From a virus (taxonomy: Duplodnaviria; Caudoviricetes), in IMG/VR virus record IMGVR_UViG_642918906_000001, positions 128,001 through 192,000 of that record: a stretch of DNA of 64,000 bases. One strand, written 5' to 3'. Positions within the stretch are counted from its first letter, which is position 1. The number at the start of each line of letters is the position of its first letter. The notes below the pieces were generated by a model that saw only the letters and a program-made list of their open reading frames with translations, had not been told where the DNA came from and made no database searches. Shown in pieces: positions 58,762 through 64,000 of this stretch. A program made the translations under genes and the position numbers.

Positions 58762-59298
58762 ATGGTCGATACACAACGAGCTGATGCGGTATTGGAAACG
58801 GTTAAAACAAGCCTTAGAGCTGGCGAGCGGTTTTTGCTTTACCTTGCGTTTGTTAACGGTAAAACAAAACCACCCAAATATCACAACGGTCATATGAGAT
58901 CGCTGGCTCAGCGTGGACTTATTGAACTACTTCCCACCGGTGAATACAAACTGACTTTGGCGGGCGTAGACACATACACCCAGATTTATCTGAACGACGT
59001 AAAGATTGGCGCACGGGATGAAGTTACGACAATCAACTACTTCCGCTGTCACTTCAGTGAAAGATTGCGCGAGGGTTTCGAGGGACCAGTGATCGTATGC
59101 AGTAATGAGGGTGTAATCAATTACACCAAAATGCTCCAGATCACAGAACACCTGAGTCTTAGTCCACGTACGGTTGAATGTGACTACGCCGTGCTGGATT
59201 TCATTGACGAATACACGGGTGAGTCACATGATCTTTATCCGGGTGACACCGTGGTAATGAACAGTGACGGTTACGTAATCCACAAGTTCTCGGAGTGA
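58762..59298 (+). CDS. Hypothetical protein, possible N-terminal winged helix
   Basis: SLAQRGLIE...YKLTLAG pattern. Confidence 0.6.
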   Translation: MVDTQRADAVLETVKTSLRAGERFLLYLAFVNGKTKPPKYHNGHMRSLAQRGLIELLPTGEYKLTLAGVDTYTQIYLNDVKIGARDEVTTINYFRCHFSERLREGFEGPVIVCSNEGVINYTKMLQITEHLSLSPRTVECDYAVLDFIDEYTGESHDLYPGDTVVMNSDGYVIHKFSE

Positions 59299-59300
59299 TA

Positions 59301-59678
59301 ATGAGCGTACTTGATCTGTCTGATCCAACAACCTGCCCAAAACAGTTTGACTTCGGCTTCGAGTACCCTAAATCTACATTGACGGGAATTACGTTCCTGT
59401 CATATGAGGGTCTTAGAGCTTACATCATCACAGGTTCAAAACACAACGAGTACTTACAAGGGAACATCGCTTACGCTAACCAGAACTACAAAGCTGATTA
59501 CATCTACGTGCCAGCTTTGAAGGAACTCATGGAATCGACGCTACGTATTGAAATTGCGAAGTATCCTTTCTTGGGTTTGAAGTATGGACCTAAGACTGAG
59601 GTTATCTGGTCTAAGATCGGAATCACTCCCGCTCAACAAGAGTGGGTTGAAACAGTACGGAAGGTACTGTCGAAATAA
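59301..59678 (+). CDS. Hypothetical protein
   Basis: 125 aa, GGAG RBS. Confidence 0.65.
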   Translation: MSVLDLSDPTTCPKQFDFGFEYPKSTLTGITFLSYEGLRAYIITGSKHNEYLQGNIAYANQNYKADYIYVPALKELMESTLRIEIAKYPFLGLKYGPKTEVIWSKIGITPAQQEWVETVRKVLSK

Positions 59679-59744
59679 AGTAGTAAATCCAAAATAGCCG
59701 CCTGACCAATTCCGTTCAGGCGCTTAACTTAAAAGGTAGTACAT

Positions 59745-60638
59745 ATGAACGTTAAAGAAGAAACCCTCAAGTTGCAAGTCCTGACCACTAAAGCTCTGGC
59801 ATGGATCAATACTAAAGCGATCAAAGAAGAACGGGTCACCATCCAACAACTAGCACAGTCTCTACGTGTATCAGTTGCAAAAGCAAAGGAGATCGTAGGA
59901 TTCCTGATGCGCGGCCCAGGTGATAATGATCGTCTTGCCAACACATACCAGATCTTCGTTCAGGGGAATCAAATTCCAGATTGGATGAGGCCACATTTGT
60001 CGGGTGTGGCGATTGCTGCTATTCTTCGCACTGCCCGAAATCAGAACACCACCATCGTGTACCGCGATGTTCACCGTAAGATCCTCGCTGAAGCATATGG
60101 TGACACTTTCAAAGGATATCTGACAAGCCGTTACAACCATGCCGCGAACGCTATCGCTGATGCTCTTGACCGTTCAGGCATAGATAAGAAAGTATTCGAA
60201 GCAAAGGTTGATGACTACCCTCAACTCCGTCAACTGAACAATCCCGACTGGCACGTCCGGTCGCCGATGGGTGGTGGTTCTGGACTTAACATCACCTACA
60301 CAGCGGTGGAAGGCACAGAGATCTCACTACACTTCGGCTCTCTTCGATTCGAAACGATTGAAGCTGCAATGTACAATGTAATGCCAGAGCTTGTTCATTC
60401 TAAGCACGGTCGTTCAGACCACATGCCCGAAGAACTGGACGCTAAGCTCGATCAAGTCCGTAAGCTGATCTCCAACATGCAAGATCAAGGCTATGGATTT
60501 GTTCGTATGAGTCGACATTTCTCGATGAGTAAGAATCGCACCCATTATACCACGATTGTGTTCACCATGAACGATGACCTAGGTCTGACTGTTCGTGTTG
60601 TTCTCCCATGGGCTAATGTGATGTTTGACGAGGCATAA
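59745..60638 (+). CDS. Hypothetical protein with N-terminal HTH-like segment
   Basis: VTIQQLAQSLRVSVAKAKEIV; 297 aa. Confidence 0.65.
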   Translation: MNVKEETLKLQVLTTKALAWINTKAIKEERVTIQQLAQSLRVSVAKAKEIVGFLMRGPGDNDRLANTYQIFVQGNQIPDWMRPHLSGVAIAAILRTARNQNTTIVYRDVHRKILAEAYGDTFKGYLTSRYNHAANAIADALDRSGIDKKVFEAKVDDYPQLRQLNNPDWHVRSPMGGGSGLNITYTAVEGTEISLHFGSLRFETIEAAMYNVMPELVHSKHGRSDHMPEELDAKLDQVRKLISNMQDQGYGFVRMSRHFSMSKNRTHYTTIVFTMNDDLGLTVRVVLPWANVMFDEA

Positions 60639-60673
60639 TAGAGTGGGGTACTTCGGTACCCCATTTTATGACA
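60634..60673. terminator. Hairpin GTGGGGTAC-TTCG-GTACCCCAT with CATAA/TTTATGAC flanks
   Basis: UUCG stem-loop. Confidence 0.85.
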
Positions 60674-60694
60674 TTTCTTTTTTGGGTGATTTCA

Positions 60695-61822
60695 ATGTTG
60701 AACTTAGCTAATGCCTCTTTTACGGGCGTACCTAATGACACGGTCAAGAAGATCGATGTACTGGGCGACGTTGGGGATGAACTACAGAACAGTTTAGTTT
60801 CAAAAGTATCTGCATTCGATACTAACCTTGACGGTATCATTACCAGTTCCCTTAAGTCGATTAAAGGGATTGGGGACGCAATACTTAATACGGGACTCGA
60901 TCTTCCATCAGCCCGTGACCGGATCAAAGAAGCCCTAGGTGGTTCACGTTATGCTATATCAGAAATCTCTGAGGTATTGGAACGTGGTATCACTGGCGAC
61001 ATGACCGGTATTGATGAAGGTACAGGTTACGTACGTGGTGCTAACACCATGATCGACAACGTTAAGCTGGTAATGAATGGCGTTGACCGTACGTTCAACC
61101 AATCGGGCTATAAGAACGTTTCCGGTGTAATGGGATTCATCCGTGATCTCACAGGCAACCAACTGATCCAGTCGTTTGACTTGGGTGCTGAGGCTGCTCT
61201 GATCAAAGGGGTTATTACCGAGGTTAGTAAATGGGGTGTACCTGAACTCATCGATGAAACCTTTGGAGCTAAATGGAACGAGGACACTAAGTCTTATAAC
61301 TACGACTACAGTGACGAGTTTAGATTCAGCGTAACCAAGCGTGCATCTGATTCTATTTCACCTTCGACTAATCTAGCGGTTATCCAGACCCTTATTACCC
61401 ACGGCGGCGATAAAGCATTGGTCGCTGAAAACCCACAATTCCCAACTCAATTGTTGAATGGTTACGTGATTCCAGATGGCTGTATCCAAGGTGGCCCTTA
61501 TCCAGTAGACCCAGCTGATCCATACGGTGCACAGACAGTACCTAACTATCGGCATCAAGGTTATTCCTTAATCAAGATCCTAGACACACTTGACCCTACT
61601 TGGTTTAAGGTAGAACGGACTTATCATACCGGACAAGACGATATACCGTTTGCTAAAGACACTGTATGGCGATTAGAGTACCTTCAGACCGCCTCAGATG
61701 GCGCTAAGACGGTTTTATCTACAGATGCTGACCTACGTGACGCTTTACTCGCAGCGCCGTTCTATCGCGTTGAATCGGGCGTTAATCTACTTAAGTCAAT
61801 GTACCCTTATATTGTTCTTTAA
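60695..61822 (+). CDS. Probable virion structural protein (gp174-like position)
   Basis: 375 aa; call rests on synteny and resemblance only. Confidence 0.55.
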   Translation: MLNLANASFTGVPNDTVKKIDVLGDVGDELQNSLVSKVSAFDTNLDGIITSSLKSIKGIGDAILNTGLDLPSARDRIKEALGGSRYAISEISEVLERGITGDMTGIDEGTGYVRGANTMIDNVKLVMNGVDRTFNQSGYKNVSGVMGFIRDLTGNQLIQSFDLGAEAALIKGVITEVSKWGVPELIDETFGAKWNEDTKSYNYDYSDEFRFSVTKRASDSISPSTNLAVIQTLITHGGDKALVAENPQFPTQLLNGYVIPDGCIQGGPYPVDPADPYGAQTVPNYRHQGYSLIKILDTLDPTWFKVERTYHTGQDDIPFAKDTVWRLEYLQTASDGAKTVLSTDADLRDALLAAPFYRVESGVNLLKSMYPYIVL

Positions 61823-61825
61823 TAT

Positions 61826-61853
61826 GGCCTCCCTTCGGGGAGGTTATATGCCG
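61826..61853 (+). terminator. Hairpin GCCTCCC-TTCG-GGGAGGT plus TATATGCCG
   Basis: UUCG stem-loop. Confidence 0.8.
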
Positions 61854-61867
61854 CATTATTAGAAGCC

Positions 61868-61885
61868 TTTTAAAGAGTATATTAC
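61868..61885 (+). promoter_or_regulatory. Early promoter TTTTAAAGAGTATATTAC
   Basis: TATATTAC consensus; identical to 10185-10202. Confidence 0.8.
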
Positions 61886-61994
61886 TGTTGTGAATTAACA
61901 CCCTTCTATCAACCAAAGGAGTACTTAATATGGGACCTTAAGTTAGAAGAACTACCTACTCAAACATGTCAGTTAACTAAAAGAGGTATTTGTC

Positions 61995-62111
61995 ATGAGC
62001 GTTAAACTGCGTTGGCAAGTTGCTGCAATTGTGGCGGTAGGTTCGACCATTCAAACTATGGCCGTTCTCTACGTTGTTAGAAAGGCACCCAATATCTGGG
62101 TGGATGTGTAA
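61995..62111 (+). CDS. Small hydrophobic peptide (38 aa)
   Basis: Not in ORF track: MSVKLRWQVAAIVAVGSTIQTMAVLYVVRKAPNIWVDV; AGAGGT RBS. Confidence 0.55.
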   Translation: MSVKLRWQVAAIVAVGSTIQTMAVLYVVRKAPNIWVDV

Positions 62112-62190
62112 TCGCGTTACGGATTACGCTTTAACTAACCAACCACGACCCTTGCATGATGTAGGGGTCGTGGTTCATGAGTAATGTGCC

Positions 62191-62967
62191 ATGGAAAGAA
62201 TATATGTAAAACACTACATCCTCGCAACCTACGGCAACACCTCTGCTTCCGACTACCGAGTGAACGCAATGAACGAGTTGGTTCACCGTTATGAGGTTGT
62301 AACGGAACGAATCACCAAAGCTCTTTTGGCGAACGGGATCGAAAACCCAGAGGCGTTGATCACCTATAGCTTTCGTATGCTTGGAGACCACCATGATGAT
62401 GTATTTCATCGCAGGGAAATGGTTGAAGTGGACTTCAAAGCGCTCAAGGAAGATAGTTCGAGTTTTCCGTGGGAAAGCTGGGGGTGGGTGCAGGCATTCC
62501 AACCGCTCGTCGATGTCGCTGGGTTCACTATCGTCGAGATCGATTCGGAATATCAATCGTTTGGGCCAGAAGCTACACCGGAAGTTGACTACATCCAACC
62601 AGTCTATCGGATCTACGAAAAAGGTAGGCCCGAATACGTCAAAGGCGGCTTTACTAGTTCGCGCAATAGACGGGCTGGGGATAATCCTAAAGGGTTTTAT
62701 GAAGAGGTAATTAAACCCTGCGGGAAGCTGTTAAAAGAAAACGTTGCCTCCGTGGTAGCTGTGACCGGTACCATCGTTTCGGTTGTTGTACTCTGGCGTG
62801 CATCGCAGACAATGGTTCACGACCTTGAAGAGAAGCAGGCTGAAGCTAGCCAGGTTCTCCACTATATTGAGGAGATGGTGTCGGATGTAATCGATATGCC
62901 TCAGATAGTGAAGGTCGAGTTTCCAGACGACAGTGAAACGGTTGGGGTTGGTCGTCGGACCTGGTAA
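62191..62967 (+). CDS. Hypothetical protein with C-terminal TM module
   Basis: 258 aa; C-terminal part homologous to 56516-56776. Confidence 0.7.
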   Translation: MERIYVKHYILATYGNTSASDYRVNAMNELVHRYEVVTERITKALLANGIENPEALITYSFRMLGDHHDDVFHRREMVEVDFKALKEDSSSFPWESWGWVQAFQPLVDVAGFTIVEIDSEYQSFGPEATPEVDYIQPVYRIYEKGRPEYVKGGFTSSRNRRAGDNPKGFYEEVIKPCGKLLKENVASVVAVTGTIVSVVVLWRASQTMVHDLEEKQAEASQVLHYIEEMVSDVIDMPQIVKVEFPDDSETVGVGRRTW

Positions 62968-62974
62968 ACAATTA

Positions 62975-63000
62975 TGCTCCCTCGAAAGGGGGAGCATTTT
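62975..63000 (+). terminator. Hairpin TGCTCCCTC-GAAA-GGGGGAGCA plus TTTT
   Basis: 9-bp stem (one G-U pair), GNRA loop, T tract. Confidence 0.75.
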
Positions 63001-63018
63001 CTAACAATGGAGTATAAC

Positions 63019-63243
63019 ATGGAATTCTTCCATACCCTCCCTTTCGTGTACCAGTCACTGATTGTCCTCACATTAATCGTGGGTGCGATGAAACTCGGTG
63101 TTAACGAAATGGTGATGTGGCTATTTTCGGCATTCGGTAATCGGGGAATTCTCTTTGGAGCAATTCTTCTGATCGTTCTGTACCTAGCTTTCTTATGTGC
63201 AGTAGTTGCTTCCATCTGCTACTTCTTTTACTCGATCTGGTGA
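63019..63243 (+). CDS. Small membrane protein
   Basis: GGAG RBS, two TM segments. Confidence 0.7.
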   Translation: MEFFHTLPFVYQSLIVLTLIVGAMKLGVNEMVMWLFSAFGNRGILFGAILLIVLYLAFLCAVVASICYFFYSIW

Positions 63244-63246
63244 TAC

Positions 63247-63486
63247 ATGGAAATCGTTGAAGCTATACAAAACCTCGAAATGACCTACCGAATTGCGATC
63301 TTCTGTTTGTTGGTGTCTCTGGGGATGTTCGCCACCCGTGACTACATCAACGAACTGCTTACTCGTTGGGGTGGAGCTGTCGAGTTTTATCTCGATAGTT
63401 TCTTGGGTACAGTCCTTTTTGCATCTTGGATTGGTACCGCAATTGGGGTGATCCGTTTCGGTGTTCAAATAGTCTTTGGAGTCTAA
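63247..63486 (+). CDS. Small membrane protein
   Basis: 79 aa, two TM segments, layout similar to the preceding ORF. Confidence 0.7.
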   Translation: MEIVEAIQNLEMTYRIAIFCLLVSLGMFATRDYINELLTRWGGAVEFYLDSFLGTVLFASWIGTAIGVIRFGVQIVFGV

Positions 63487-63875
63487 TGATGGATACGCTA
63501 CTTGACAATTTTGTTAAGGCTCAACTGCAACCAGTAATGAATGCCTACTCGTGCTGGCTCGGTCCAGAGTTTCATTCCAAGCGTACCCCTATTGAAGGTG
63601 GTGTCGATAATCTGATCACCTACTCGATGGATAAAGGTGCGAAGTCATATATCCATTGGATGGTGTGGAATGTCCACACTGACGACGGCGCTTTCAAAAT
63701 TCGCGTTGAATGGGCTATGCATGAATGCCATACGCTGGAGTTCATCCGTCCTGAAGACGCAACCTTCGATCAATGTCAGGAAGTTGTCGCATTGGTACTG
63801 AAAGACATCTACGAACAGTTGATGGCTTATACTGAACGCGAAGGCTGGCCTAGTGAAAACATGCAAATCTGCTAG
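63486..63875 (+). CDS. Hypothetical protein
   Basis: TAATG overlap start; 129 aa. Confidence 0.7.
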   Translation: MMDTLLDNFVKAQLQPVMNAYSCWLGPEFHSKRTPIEGGVDNLITYSMDKGAKSYIHWMVWNVHTDDGAFKIRVEWAMHECHTLEFIRPEDATFDQCQEVVALVLKDIYEQLMAYTEREGWPSENMQIC

Positions 63876-63888
63876 GGTTAAACAAAAC

Positions 63889-64000
63889 ATGAATAACGAA
63901 AATTACAAAAAGCTGGTACTGACTCTTCTGCACTCCTACACTCTTGCTATTCGCGCAGCGCATCCACGTGAAGCGGATAAGGAGCTTTACCATCGGTTGA
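63889..64000 (+). CDS. Hypothetical protein, runs off window
   Basis: MNNENYKKLVLTLLHSYTLAIRAAHP..., open to the end. Confidence 0.55.
   Translation, partial: MNNENYKKLVLTLLHSYTLAIRAAHPREADKELYHRL

Noticed and set aside
1-64000. Genome-wide TGA or TAG reassignment as an explanation for the capsid extension
   Set aside because: Genes are full length under the standard code, and TGA/TAG end many ORFs at overlaps and terminators, so any readthrough is local.

Overview
This window comes from a phiKZ-like (Chimalliviridae-type) jumbo myophage, probably infecting Pseudomonas. I identified it from recalled protein motifs and gene order matching roughly phiKZ gp118-gp174; no database search was run, so gp numbers are approximate. 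It encodes a DnaB helicase (truncated at the window edge), the major capsid protein, one non-virion and one virion RNA polymerase beta fragment, portal, baseplate and tail-fibre paralogues, and a RuvC-like resolvase. It also encodes a lysis region (overlapping spanin-like pair, modular muramidase endolysin), a ~1480-aa repetitive collagen-like fibre, UvsX, RNase H, inner head proteins, PAAR and spike proteins, SbcC, and several accessory early cassettes. The most striking unannotated signal follows the major capsid gene's UGA-A stop. There, 28 more in-frame sense codons precede the terminator and encode RYxExx..[VI]RYxExG[IV]xRxLE, almost the same peptide as the C-terminus of the virion protein at 31131-31682. 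This suggests programmed stop-codon readthrough that displays a shared docking peptide, possibly for the collagen-like fibre, on a subset of capsid subunits. Other leads are two early-expressed prohead-protease-like paralogues, a 2OG-Fe(II) oxygenase pair inside the fibre operon, about 14 hairpins with conserved CATAAA/TTTATG flanks, and a duplicated membrane module in two early cassettes.
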